From a virus (taxonomy: Duplodnaviria; Heunggongvirae; Uroviricota; Caudoviricetes), in the IMG/VR virus record IMGVR_UViG_2703718843_000010: DNA of 22,143 nt. One strand, given 5' to 3'. The translations under genes and the position numbers were made by a program. The notes under the pieces are model-generated. The model was given only the letters and a program-made list of their open reading frames with translations, was not told the DNA's origin and searched no databases. Positions 12,945 through 21,527 of the stretch are shown here, piece by piece; positions within the stretch are counted from its first letter, which is position 1; each line of letters begins with the position of its first letter.

Positions 12945-13781
12945 ATGGCCAGCGCAGCTAAACCAGCCCGTAAGAAATTCCGCGTTGCTGTCTCCGGTGC
13001 CACCGTTGACGGGCGTGAAATTCGCCCTGAGCACCTTCGTGATGCAGCAGCAAACTACAGCCCGGACGTGTACGGCGCACGCGTCAACGTGGAGCACTAT
13101 ATTTCGCCTTTCCCCGGCAGTGATTTCGGTGCGATGGGGGATGTTACGGCGCTGAGTGCTGAAGATATCAGCGAAGGCCCGCTCGCCGGACGCACCGCGC
13201 TTTACGCTGAGATTGAACCTTCTGAACGCATGAAGAAGCTGACGGATGAAGGTAAGAAAATTTACTCCAGCATTGAGCTGCACCCGCAGTTTGCGCTTAA
13301 CGGCAAGGCGTATGTCATGGGGCTGGCAATGACTGATACCCCGGCGAGCCTCGGCACCGAGCGCCTGAAGTTTGCCGCGCAGCAGCGTCAGCAGGTTATG
13401 TCCTTCAACAATCAACAGGGTGAAGCCCCGCTGTTCACCGATGCCATAGAGGCTGAAATCATCGAACTGGCTGAGCAGCGCAGCGATGAGGGTAAACAGT
13501 GGTTCGCGCGCGTCATGGGGATTATCGGGAAAGGCCGTAAATCTGACGGTGAGCAATTCAGCCAGGTGCGTGACGCCGTGGAGAACGTCGCCCAGTCCCA
13601 TGCCGAACTGCTGGACAGCTTCAACGACCTGAGCCGCGCCCGGGAGCAGGACAGCCAGGCCATTCAAAAGCTGACCTCCGACCTTGCCGCGCTGACCAGC
13701 AAGCTGGGAAGCGCAGACGGCAATTTCAGCCAGCGGGCACCCGCGAGCGGTGGCGCTAACGCGCAACTGGCTGATTACTGA
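12945..13781 (+). CDS. O: Capsid scaffolding protein, P2 gpO-like
   Basis: KFRVAVSGATVDGREI...YGARVNVEHY...YSSIELHPQF...GLAMTDTPASLGTE matches remembered P2 O. ATG at 12945 is preferred over 12909 because an AGGA precedes it. Confidence 0.9.
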   Translation: MASAAKPARKKFRVAVSGATVDGREIRPEHLRDAAANYSPDVYGARVNVEHYISPFPGSDFGAMGDVTALSAEDISEGPLAGRTALYAEIEPSERMKKLTDEGKKIYSSIELHPQFALNGKAYVMGLAMTDTPASLGTERLKFAAQQRQQVMSFNNQQGEAPLFTDAIEAEIIELAEQRSDEGKQWFARVMGIIGKGRKSDGEQFSQVRDAVENVAQSHAELLDSFNDLSRAREQDSQAIQKLTSDLAALTSKLGSADGNFSQRAPASGGANAQLADY

Positions 13782-13804
13782 TATTCACAAAGAGAGCAGA
13801 GAGC

Positions 13805-14854
13805 ATGGATAACAATACCCGCCAGTTATTTGATCAGTACATCGCCCGGCAGGCACAGCTCAACGGCGTATCAACCGCCGCCGTTGCTGCAAAATTTGCC
13901 GTAGATCCGACGCGTCAGCAGCGCCTTGAGCAGGCCGCACAGCAGGATGATTCTTTCCTGAGCAAAATTAACGTGTTTGGCGTCAACCAGCAGATCGGTC
14001 AGAAAGTCCTGATCGGCAGCAAAGGCCCGATGGCTGGAGTAAACAACAGTGTAACCAGTCGTCGCAACCCTGGCTCTAATCATTCCATGGAGCCGTTCGA
14101 TTACATGTGCCGCAAGGTCAACTATGACTACGGCATCAGCTATGAACAGCTTGATGCGTGGGCGCACATGCCGGAGTTCCAGCCGCTGATCAGTAAGGCG
14201 ATGGCCCGCCAGATGTCGCTTGACCGCATCATGATTGGCTTTAACGGCGTGAAGTACAGCGACCCGTCTGACCGTGCCGCTAACCCGCTGTTGCAGGACT
14301 GTGGCATTGGCTGGCTGGAAAAAATCCGCCAGGAAGCGCCGCACCGCGTCATTTCCAATGTGACGATTACCTCGCGCGATGAAGATAACAAGATTGTCGC
14401 AAAAGGCACCTACGGCAACATTGGCGCTGCGGTGTACGACGCCAAAAACAGCCTGATGGATGAATGGCACAAGCGTAACCCGGATAATGTGGTGATTCTG
14501 GCTGGCGACCTGCTGACGAGCAGCAATTTCTCGGCCATCAACGCGTTAAGCCAGACCAACCCGAATACCGAAATGCTGGCCGGTCAGTTGATTGTCGCGC
14601 AGGAGCGCGTAGGCAACATGCCGACCTTTATCGCGCCTTACTTCCCGGTGAATGGCGTGCTGATCACACCATTCAAAAACCTGTCGGTGTACTACCAGCG
14701 CGGCGGTCTGCGCCGGACGATCAAAGAAGAGCCGGAATACAACCGTGTCGCAACATATCAGTCTTCAAACGATGACTTCGTCATTGAAGACTACGGCAAT
14801 GTTGCGTTCATTGACGGCATTCAGTTCGCCCAGGCCGAAGCGGCAGGCGAGTGA
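13805..14854 (+). CDS. N: Major capsid protein, P2 gpN-like
   Basis: 349 aa with GFNGVKYSDPSDRAANPLLQDCGIGWLEKIRQEAP and LSVYYQRGG, matching remembered P2 N. Confidence 0.95.
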   Translation: MDNNTRQLFDQYIARQAQLNGVSTAAVAAKFAVDPTRQQRLEQAAQQDDSFLSKINVFGVNQQIGQKVLIGSKGPMAGVNNSVTSRRNPGSNHSMEPFDYMCRKVNYDYGISYEQLDAWAHMPEFQPLISKAMARQMSLDRIMIGFNGVKYSDPSDRAANPLLQDCGIGWLEKIRQEAPHRVISNVTITSRDEDNKIVAKGTYGNIGAAVYDAKNSLMDEWHKRNPDNVVILAGDLLTSSNFSAINALSQTNPNTEMLAGQLIVAQERVGNMPTFIAPYFPVNGVLITPFKNLSVYYQRGGLRRTIKEEPEYNRVATYQSSNDDFVIEDYGNVAFIDGIQFAQAEAAGE

Positions 14855-14899
14855 CAGAAGCGGTGGGGCATTGCCCCGCCATGACGGGGAGAAGTGACG

Positions 14900-15709
14900 A
14901 TGTTAACACCGGCACAACGACATTTTCAGAAGGTCATGGCAGAACGCCGGGGCCAGGCGGATGAAGAATCCGATATCCAGCGTACCGCGCATGAGCAAAT
15001 TCTGCATCGCCTGCGTATGGACTTGTCCCGCCTCAGCGGCGTGCAGTCCGAAGAAACCAAAGCCGAAATGAAGAAATCCATGCTGCCTGAATACGAGGGA
15101 TGGATTGAAGGCACGCTCGACGGCGACAGCGGGCGGCAGGATGAAGTCATTACCAGGCTGATGGTCTGGGCGATTGACTGTCGTGACTATGCGCTTGCGT
15201 TGAGGCTGGGGCGCTACGTGGTACGCCACGGGCTGACACTGCCGGATAACTTCAACCGCACGGCAGCGACCTTCCTGACTGAAGAAATGAGCAAGCCACT
15301 GTTGACGCTCGCGGCTGCTGATGCCGACGCTGATTTGTCGTCCGGTATCGCAGTGCTTGACGAAGTCGCGGGAATTGTCGCCGACAGTGATATGCCGGAT
15401 GTGGTGCGCGCCAAGTTGTGCAAAGCCCGCGCGCTTGCCCGCCGTGGCGCGACTGATATCACGACCAAAGCTGAGGCGCTGGCGCTGTTCCGTGAGGCGC
15501 TGACGCGAAACCCTAATGCCGGGGTAAAAAAAGAGATCGCAACGCTTGCCCGTGAAGTTAAGAAGCTGTCTGCGGATAGCGGCACGGGTGAAGGTGACTC
15601 GGCCAGCACCGACAAAACTGACGGTACTGCTGATCCCGCCCCTGAAAAAAGCGCCAGCGCGGCAGGCAAAGCTACAAAGCGCAAGCCTGCCAGCCAGAAA
15701 AAGAATTAA
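14900..15709 (+). CDS. M: Terminase small subunit, P2 gpM-like
   Basis: MLTPAQRHFQKV...DMPDVVRAKLCKA...AGVKKEIATLAREVKKL resembles P2 M. ATG at 14900 with GGGGAGAAG upstream; an in-frame GTG at 14894 is also possible. Confidence 0.9.
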   Translation: MLTPAQRHFQKVMAERRGQADEESDIQRTAHEQILHRLRMDLSRLSGVQSEETKAEMKKSMLPEYEGWIEGTLDGDSGRQDEVITRLMVWAIDCRDYALALRLGRYVVRHGLTLPDNFNRTAATFLTEEMSKPLLTLAAADADADLSSGIAVLDEVAGIVADSDMPDVVRAKLCKARALARRGATDITTKAEALALFREALTRNPNAGVKKEIATLAREVKKLSADSGTGEGDSASTDKTDGTADPAPEKSASAAGKATKRKPASQKKN

Positions 15710-15807
15710 CGACTTCGGCCCCGTCCGACAGGCGGCGCGGGTGGATATCTGCCCGTTTACGGTCTTTTAACCACCCGCCCACCGCCTGATTTATGGGAGA
15801 TAAGTGC

Positions 15808-16332
15808 ATGAGCAGCCTTGTGGCTAATAAGCGCGTGTTGCCTGCCGGCAGCGATACCCCCGATGTTGATGATGGTGATACCACCGTCAGTGCCGGGGAC
15901 TTCTGGCCGGTGATTAAACTGGCCGATCTTCGTCTGGCCGCGCGCATCACTGGCGGCATCACCACGTCCAGGCTGATGCACGTCACCACGGAAGCGGTAG
16001 CCCATGTCACTGCGCAGTTGCTGGACTGGCGTGCCGGTCAGGTCAAGGCAGGTTTTCAGACGCTGGAAGATGTGCCTTCAACCCTGCCATCAGGTGAGAT
16101 GGAAAAGCTGGTTATCAACGGTGAAAACGTGAAGGTGTACCGCTTCCGCCGCGCAGTCTATTCGATTGCCAGGGCGCTGGTACTTGAAGGCTATCGCGAC
16201 GTTGATACCACGGCGAAAGGCGATAAAGACGCCGCCGCGCTTGACCTGCAACGGGATGATCTCTGGCGGGATGCCCGCTGGAGTATCGCTGACATTCGCG
16301 ACACCCCGCGCCTCTATGCGGAGCTTTGCTGA
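15808..16332 (+). CDS. L: Capsid completion protein, P2 gpL-like
   Basis: GFQTLEDVP...KVYRFRRAVYSIARALVLEGYRDVDTTAKGDKDAAALD...DDLWRDARWSIADIR matches remembered P2 L. ATG at 15808 with GGGAGA upstream. Confidence 0.9.
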   Translation: MSSLVANKRVLPAGSDTPDVDDGDTTVSAGDFWPVIKLADLRLAARITGGITTSRLMHVTTEAVAHVTAQLLDWRAGQVKAGFQTLEDVPSTLPSGEMEKLVINGENVKVYRFRRAVYSIARALVLEGYRDVDTTAKGDKDAAALDLQRDDLWRDARWSIADIRDTPRLYAELC

Positions 16333-16532
16333 TGAAAGTGAAGGCATTGCAGGGGGATACGGTGGATTTGCTTTGCTGGCGTCACTACGGCACCACGCAG
16401 GGCGTGACCGAAAAAGTGTTATCTGCCAATCCCGGACTGAGCCAGCAGGTTTTTCTTGATGCCGGTCAGGAGATTGAACTGCCGGAAATCGCGCACAAAG
16501 CGACACAGGAGATGGTGCAGCTATGGGATTAA
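16332..16532 (+). CDS. X: Tail protein X, P2 gpX-like
   Basis: MKVKALQGDTVDLLCWRHYGTTQGVTEKVLSANPGL resembles P2 X (ALQGDTLDAICVRYYGRTEGVVETVLAANPGL). ATG overlaps the L stop. Confidence 0.85.
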   Translation: MKVKALQGDTVDLLCWRHYGTTQGVTEKVLSANPGLSQQVFLDAGQEIELPEIAHKATQEMVQLWD

Positions 16533-16825
16533 GTTTCTTTCAGCGCCTGAATGACTGGCTGACATTCACGATGTCAGCGATGGTCACGAGTATCGGCGTT
16601 ATGACACTGAGCGAAAAGATTGCGCTGGCCGGTCTTTTTGTCGGGATGGTTTTTGGTGCCCGTGGATGGCTCTATCGCGCTCGCATCGAACGAGGGCAGA
16701 AGCGTCGAAACGAACTGATTAACCAGATTCTCGAGCAGGCAGAACACAGGCAGATGAGTGAGTCAGAGCGCCGGGCGCTTGACCTTCTGCAACAGAATGA
16801 GCCGGAAGATGAAACAGCTTATTAA
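16523..16825 (+). CDS. Putative holin (two transmembrane segments, charged C-terminus)
   Basis: 100 aa with hydrophobic segments FTMSAMVTSIGVMTL and IALAGLFVGMVFGA followed by a highly charged tail; positioned directly upstream of the endolysin. Confidence 0.6.
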   Translation: MGLSFFQRLNDWLTFTMSAMVTSIGVMTLSEKIALAGLFVGMVFGARGWLYRARIERGQKRRNELINQILEQAEHRQMSESERRALDLLQQNEPEDETAY

Positions 16826-17354
16826 AAAATGCTCCATTGCGGCCATTGTTGCGCTGGGTATCACGCTCAGTCCTGGCGCGTTGCGCACCACGCCTGAAGG
16901 CCAACAAAAGATTGCTGGCTGGGAAGACTGCCGGAATACGCCCTACTACTGCACGGCTGGTGTGCTCACGGTCGGAATTGGTTCGACGGGGCGCGTTGAG
17001 AAGCGGGAGTACAGTGACAGCGAGATCGCCGGTCGATGGATTAACGATATGCGGCACGCTGAAAACTGTATTAACCAGAATTTTGAAGGCGGGCATATGC
17101 CACAGTCCGCCTTTGAGGCCATGACGGATGCCAGTCTTAATGTGGGGTGTACTGGCCTGATGTGGTTCACGGACGGCCAGAAGCGAAAGCAGCGCACGAC
17201 CATCTGGAAGAAGGCGCAGGCGCATGAATGGCAGGCGATGTGTAACCGGCTGACGGACTTTGTGAACAGCGGCGGTAAACGTAGCCAGGGACTGGTTAAC
17301 CGTAGAACTGATTTTAAGGCGTGGTGCCTGCGTGACGTGGAGGCTGGAAAGTGA
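16809..17354 (+). CDS. Endolysin, lysozyme-like, with N-terminal signal-anchor-release-like segment
   Basis: 181 aa; N-terminus MKQLIKKCSIAAIVALGITLSPGAL is weakly hydrophobic, and the remainder has a phage-lysozyme-like fold signature (called by eye). Sits between the holin and the spanins. Confidence 0.8.
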   Translation: MKQLIKKCSIAAIVALGITLSPGALRTTPEGQQKIAGWEDCRNTPYYCTAGVLTVGIGSTGRVEKREYSDSEIAGRWINDMRHAENCINQNFEGGHMPQSAFEAMTDASLNVGCTGLMWFTDGQKRKQRTTIWKKAQAHEWQAMCNRLTDFVNSGGKRSQGLVNRRTDFKAWCLRDVEAGK

Positions 17355-17788
17355 AGATTACAGCCATTTTATGCGCGCTGCTGGCGCTGGCCTCTGGTGG
17401 CTTGCTCTGGCAGACACATCAGCGCGGTAAAGACTCCGTCCGCAATGAAGTGCTTTCCCGCGAGGTGAAGAGTAATGGTGAGGTGGTTGGAGAGTTGCGG
17501 GCAATGACTGCTGACGCCCGCGAAGTCCTTGCACAGTTGCGGGCAACCGAACAGCAAAGAAACGCCCAGGGAGAAAAGCGACGTGAAAACATGCGCGATG
17601 CCATCAAAGACAATACGTGTGCCAACACTGTTGTGCCTGCTTCTGTCAGTAACAGCCTGCAACACCGTACCGCCGCAGCCGCAAATGAAAATCGTGCACG
17701 AGCCGGTGCCGGAAAGCCTGACGGCAGCAACGCCAGCGCCGGAACTGACCGCCCCGGTAACATGGGGGGCGATAGCCATCTGGAGTGA
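17351..17788 (+). CDS. lysB: i-spanin (Rz-like), P2 LysB analogue
   Basis: GTG start overlapping the endolysin stop; N-terminal transmembrane segment ITAILCALLALASGGLLW followed by a charged, coiled-coil-like region. Confidence 0.7.
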   Translation: MKITAILCALLALASGGLLWQTHQRGKDSVRNEVLSREVKSNGEVVGELRAMTADAREVLAQLRATEQQRNAQGEKRRENMRDAIKDNTCANTVVPASVSNSLQHRTAAAANENRARAGAGKPDGSNASAGTDRPGNMGGDSHLE

Positions 17789-17897
17789 TCGCCTGCGCGA
17801 TGCGCTGGATACCTGCAATGCCGATAAGGCGGCGATAGCCGATCTCGATCTGCGCCGCCTGAAAAGACTGACTGACCACGCGAGGGCAAAACCATGA
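17598..17897 (+). CDS. lysC: o-spanin lipoprotein (Rz1-like), P2 LysC analogue, overlapping the i-spanin in the +1 frame
   Basis: MPSKTIRVPTLLCLLLSVTAC has a lipobox (VTAC) and a proline-rich mature N-terminus. It starts inside the i-spanin gene and extends beyond its end. Confidence 0.65.
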   Translation: MPSKTIRVPTLLCLLLSVTACNTVPPQPQMKIVHEPVPESLTAATPAPELTAPVTWGAIAIWSDRLRDALDTCNADKAAIADLDLRRLKRLTDHARAKP

Positions 17898-17986
17898 CTT
17901 TATTCGACTACCTGAGCGCTCACCCTTACTGGACGCTTATTTATCTGCTGATCATTGCGGGCGCGATTGAACGTTTCGGGCGTTAA
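17894..17986 (+). CDS. Small hydrophobic peptide (30 aa, MTLFDYLSAHPYWTLIYLLIIAGAIERFGR); not on the ORF track
   Basis: ATG overlaps the o-spanin stop (ATGA) and is preceded by GAGGG at 7-nt spacing; a single predicted transmembrane helix fills the gap before R. Confidence 0.35.
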   Translation: MTLFDYLSAHPYWTLIYLLIIAGAIERFGR

Positions 17987-17998
17987 GAAGGTATCACC

Positions 17999-18469
17999 AT
18001 GCTGAAAGCTGACTCACTACGCGAGACCCTGACCCGCGCTAACAAATGGTGCAGGGCCAATCCTGAAGCCTTCACCGTATTTGTGGAAGAAGGGAATATC
18101 GAGACGACCGGCGAAACACCATCGTTTATGTACCGCTATACCCTGGTGCTGTTTGTGATGAATTTTGCCGGTGATATTGATGATTTCACGTTGCCGTTAA
18201 TGGCATGGCTCTGGCACAACCAGCCCGATCTGCTGCTGAACCCGGAGAAGAACAGGAACATTAAATTTACGACCCTTATCAACAACGACGATACCGCCGA
18301 CATTCTGTTTGAAATGCCGCTGCGCGAGCGTGTGAGGGTCACTCTGGATGAAAACGGTATTCCCCGGGCGGAGCATTTGCCGGAACCTAAACCACGTATC
18401 CCGTCAGCGGACGGAGACTGGAGCGCCATCTTTGAGGATGTGACGTGGGAGGGTGACGCGCATGAGTAA
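17999..18469 (+). CDS. R: Tail completion protein, P2 gpR-like
   Basis: MLKADSLRETLTRANKW...MYRYTLVLFVMNFAGDIDDFTLPLMAWLWHNQPDLL resembles P2 R; RBS AAGAAGG. Confidence 0.85.
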   Translation: MLKADSLRETLTRANKWCRANPEAFTVFVEEGNIETTGETPSFMYRYTLVLFVMNFAGDIDDFTLPLMAWLWHNQPDLLLNPEKNRNIKFTTLINNDDTADILFEMPLRERVRVTLDENGIPRAEHLPEPKPRIPSADGDWSAIFEDVTWEGDAHE

Positions 18470-19100
18470 CGATCTCTTCCGTGAGCTGGATCAGGTATTC
18501 AGCGACATACTCGCGGGCACCTCGCAGGCCGGACGTGTTCGCACTGCCCGCGCTATTGGCCAGGCACTGCGAAAGAGCCAGCAACAGCGCATCAAAGCAC
18601 AGCAAAACCCTGAAGGCTCGCCATATCCTGCCCGCCGTCGCCGGGTGTTGCGCTCTCAACAAGGTATTGTTTTTGTCTGGCAGGGGGAGATCCGCCGCCT
18701 GAAAAACTGGCACGGTGGCCGGGGAAAATACGGGCGAACCATTACCGGCTTTGACGAAGAGCGCAACGATATTCGCACGTTTTACCGCAGCGATATTGAG
18801 CGTTACATCGAGATCAATACGCGCTCAGTGCGCCGCAGCACTGCGAAGAAAGTGCCGATGTTTCAGCGGTTGCGCAGTTATCGCTTTCTCAAAATGCGCG
18901 CTGATGCTGGCGGTACTTCCGTTGGTTATGACGGCGTGGCGGCACGCATTGCGCGTGTGCACCAGTACGGCCAGCGCGATCAGGTTGGGCCGGGTGCCTT
19001 TGCTAAATATCCGGTGCGTGAGCTACTGGGCTTTACCGCTGGCGATGAGCAGATGATTACGGAACAGGTGATTAATAGCCTGGGGAGAGCCGCACGATGA
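18462..19100 (+). CDS. S: Tail completion / virion morphogenesis protein, P2 gpS-like
   Basis: ATG overlaps the R stop (ATGAGTAA) with GGGAGGG upstream; called from position between R and V and general similarity to virion-morphogenesis family proteins. Confidence 0.75.
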   Translation: MSNDLFRELDQVFSDILAGTSQAGRVRTARAIGQALRKSQQQRIKAQQNPEGSPYPARRRRVLRSQQGIVFVWQGEIRRLKNWHGGRGKYGRTITGFDEERNDIRTFYRSDIERYIEINTRSVRRSTAKKVPMFQRLRSYRFLKMRADAGGTSVGYDGVAARIARVHQYGQRDQVGPGAFAKYPVRELLGFTAGDEQMITEQVINSLGRAAR

Positions 19101-19672
19101 GCGCTGAACTGATCCGCCTGCTGGAAAATATCCTCCGCGTCGGCGTCGTTATTGCCGTTGATGAAGAGAGCTGGCGCGTGCGCGTGCAAAGCGGCGAGCT
19201 TCAGACCGACTGGCTGCGCTGGAACACCACGCGCGCCGGGGCATTCAGTATCTGGGTGCCGCCTTCCGTGGGTGAGCAGGTCTGGCTGGGCTGTATCGGT
19301 GGCAATCCTGAAACGGCGGTCATTATCGGCAGTCTCTACAGCAGTGACAACCCTGCGCCGGGCAGCAGCCTGAAAGAGATTGTGCTTACAGCGCCAGACG
19401 GAGCCTCTTTCCGCTATGACGCAGAAGCCAGCGCGCTGGAAGCGCAGGGCATGAAAACAGCCCACATCAAAGCCTCTGCCAGCGTCACGCTTGAAACACC
19501 GATTGTAGAATGCACCAACCATCTGAAAACGCGGACGTTCGAACTGACGGAAGGCGGCACGATGAAGGGTGATGTGACTCATTCTGGCGGATCGCTTTCG
19601 TCAAACGGCAAAGTCCTGCACACGCACAAACACCCTGGCGACAGCGGCGGCACTACAGGGGAACCGCTATGA
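19097..19672 (+). CDS. V: Baseplate spike / assembly protein, P2 gpV-like
   Basis: ATG overlaps the S stop; the tail HTHKHPGDSGGTTGEPL and overall layout match the gpV family. Confidence 0.9.
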   Translation: MSAELIRLLENILRVGVVIAVDEESWRVRVQSGELQTDWLRWNTTRAGAFSIWVPPSVGEQVWLGCIGGNPETAVIIGSLYSSDNPAPGSSLKEIVLTAPDGASFRYDAEASALEAQGMKTAHIKASASVTLETPIVECTNHLKTRTFELTEGGTMKGDVTHSGGSLSSNGKVLHTHKHPGDSGGTTGEPL

Positions 19673-20037
19673 CTGTTCGTTATACCGGAATGAACCCGGA
19701 CGGCACGGGCCAGCTTACCGATACCGATCAGCTGTGGAATTCAGTACGCGACATACTGACCACACCTCTGGCAAGCCGGGTGATGCGCCGGGATTACGGC
19801 AGCATGATCCCCGATCTGCTGGATGAGCCACAGAACGAAGTGACGCGCCTTCAATGCATGAGTGCGGCAGTGATCGCCCTGACGATGTGGGAGCCGCGTA
19901 TTGCCCTGAACGGCATCAATATCAGTTATTCAAAGGATGGCGCTGTTACCGCTGAACTGGTCGGCATTATCACCGAAACCATGCAGACGGCAGGCACTGC
20001 ACTGACGCTCAGGAGTGGCAGCAATGGCAACAGTTGA
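19669..20037 (+). CDS. W: Baseplate wedge protein, P2 gpW-like (gp25 family)
   Basis: MTVRYTGMNPDG...RVMRRDYGSMIPDLLDEPQN closely resembles P2 W (MTARYLGMN...RVMRRDYGSLL); start overlaps the V stop. Confidence 0.9.
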   Translation: MTVRYTGMNPDGTGQLTDTDQLWNSVRDILTTPLASRVMRRDYGSMIPDLLDEPQNEVTRLQCMSAAVIALTMWEPRIALNGINISYSKDGAVTAELVGIITETMQTAGTALTLRSGSNGNS

Positions 20038-20920
20038 TTTATCGCAGCTACCACAGCCGCAAATTATCGAAGTCCTGGACTTTGAAGTCATTCTCAGCGA
20101 GGTCAAAGCTGTCATGCTGGCGGCATTCCCACAGGAACAGCAGGCATCCGTTGCAGCCGCACTGGAGCTGGAGTCCGAACCGCTGAATGTGATCGCCCAG
20201 GTGGTTGCCTACCGTGAAATGATGCTCAGGCAGCGGATTAATGACGGTGCGGCGGCGTGCATGTTGAGCCATGCCGTATCGTCCGATCTTGATAATCTCG
20301 CGGGCAACCTGAACACCGAACGCCTGATCATCACCCCGGAGACGGCAACTACTGACGCGGTAACGGAAAGCGATACCGCATTGCGTTTACGCTCGCAGGC
20401 TGCGTTTGAAGGGCTAAGCGTGGCGGGGCCAACTGGCGCATATGAATATTTTGCCAAAAGTGCCAGCGGCAAAGTGGCGGACGCCAAAGCGATCAGCCCG
20501 TCGCCTGCCGTTGTGGTGGTCTCTGTGCTGTCCACCGAAGGCGACGGCACTGCCAGTGCGGAATTGCTGGCGACGGTGGATAAAGCGCTGTCTGCTGACG
20601 ATAAGCGCCCGGTTGCCGATCGTCTGACCGTTCAGGCAGCGGAGATAGTGAATTATCAGATCAATGCGTTGCTGTATTTCTATCCCGGCCCGGAGTCTGA
20701 ACCAATCCATACCGCCGCGCAGGACGCGCTTCAGTCCTGGCTGAATCAACAGGGCAAGATTGGGCGTGACGTTGCCCGCTCAGCCATTATGGCTGCGCTG
20801 CATGTTCAGGGCGTGCAGAGGGTGGAACTGCTGGAGCCTGCCAGCGATATTGTGATCGCCGATACGCAGGCGGCACGGTGTGAGTCCTTTACGATCGAGA
20901 CAGGGGGCACCGATGAATAA
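20024..20920 (+). CDS. J: Baseplate assembly protein J, P2 gpJ-like
   Basis: DLSQLPQPQIIEVLDFEVIL...AFEGLSVAGPTGAYEYF...GVQRVELLEPASDIV matches remembered P2 J; ATG at 20024 with AGGAG at 9-nt spacing. Confidence 0.95.
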   Translation: MATVDLSQLPQPQIIEVLDFEVILSEVKAVMLAAFPQEQQASVAAALELESEPLNVIAQVVAYREMMLRQRINDGAAACMLSHAVSSDLDNLAGNLNTERLIITPETATTDAVTESDTALRLRSQAAFEGLSVAGPTGAYEYFAKSASGKVADAKAISPSPAVVVVSVLSTEGDGTASAELLATVDKALSADDKRPVADRLTVQAAEIVNYQINALLYFYPGPESEPIHTAAQDALQSWLNQQGKIGRDVARSAIMAALHVQGVQRVELLEPASDIVIADTQAARCESFTIETGGTDE

Positions 20921-21527
20921 CAACATGCTGCCGCCTTCGGCCAGCGGTTTTATGCGCAGTACTGAGAAGGTGACGGAACGGCTTACCGATATTCCTGTTG
21001 ACCTGCGCAAGCTGTGGAACCCGGACGAATGTCCGGCTGAACTTCTGCCTTATCTCGCCTGGGCGTTGTCAGTTGACCGCTGGGATAAGAACTGGTCAGA
21101 ACAGACCAAACGACAGGTAATTAAAGCTTCCTGGCTGGTTCATCGTCAGAAGGGCACCATTTCCGCTTTGCGTCGCGTCGTTGAACCGTTCGGCTTTCTG
21201 CTGCGCGTAATCGAATGGTGGCAGAGCGGCGAAGAGCCGGGAACTTTCAAGCTTGAAATCGGCATTCAGGAGCAGGGGATTACGGAAGAAACCTATCTTG
21301 AGCTTGAACGCCTTATTGACGATGCCAAGCCGAGAAGCCGCCATCTTACAGGCCTGTCTCTTTCGCTTCAGTCGCAGGGCTATATCGAAGCCGGGGCGGG
21401 ATGTTATATCGGCGATACGCTGACCGTATACCCGTATTTTCCTGAAACCATATCCGTGGGCGGTGGTGACTACACCGGCGCGGCAGTCCATTTAATTGAT
21501 ACTGTGGAGATCGCAAGTGGCGACTAA
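20913..21527 (+). CDS. I: Baseplate protein I, P2 gpI-like
   Basis: RKLWNPDECPAELLPYLAWALSVDRWDKNW...KGTISALRRVVEPFGFLLRVIEWW...DDAKPRSRHL matches remembered P2 I; ATG at 20913 with AGGGGG upstream, overlapping the J stop. Confidence 0.9.
   Translation: MNNNMLPPSASGFMRSTEKVTERLTDIPVDLRKLWNPDECPAELLPYLAWALSVDRWDKNWSEQTKRQVIKASWLVHRQKGTISALRRVVEPFGFLLRVIEWWQSGEEPGTFKLEIGIQEQGITEETYLELERLIDDAKPRSRHLTGLSLSLQSQGYIEAGAGCYIGDTLTVYPYFPETISVGGGDYTGAAVHLIDTVEIASGD

Noticed and set aside
12894-13766. 290-aa minus-strand ORF
   Set aside because: Exactly antisense to the scaffold gene O, which has clear P2 homology; no independent start or RBS signal.
13871-14470. 199-aa minus-strand ORF
   Set aside because: Antisense within major capsid gene N; chance open frame.
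16719-17225. 168-aa minus-strand ORF across the lysis genes
   Set aside because: Antisense to the well-supported endolysin gene.
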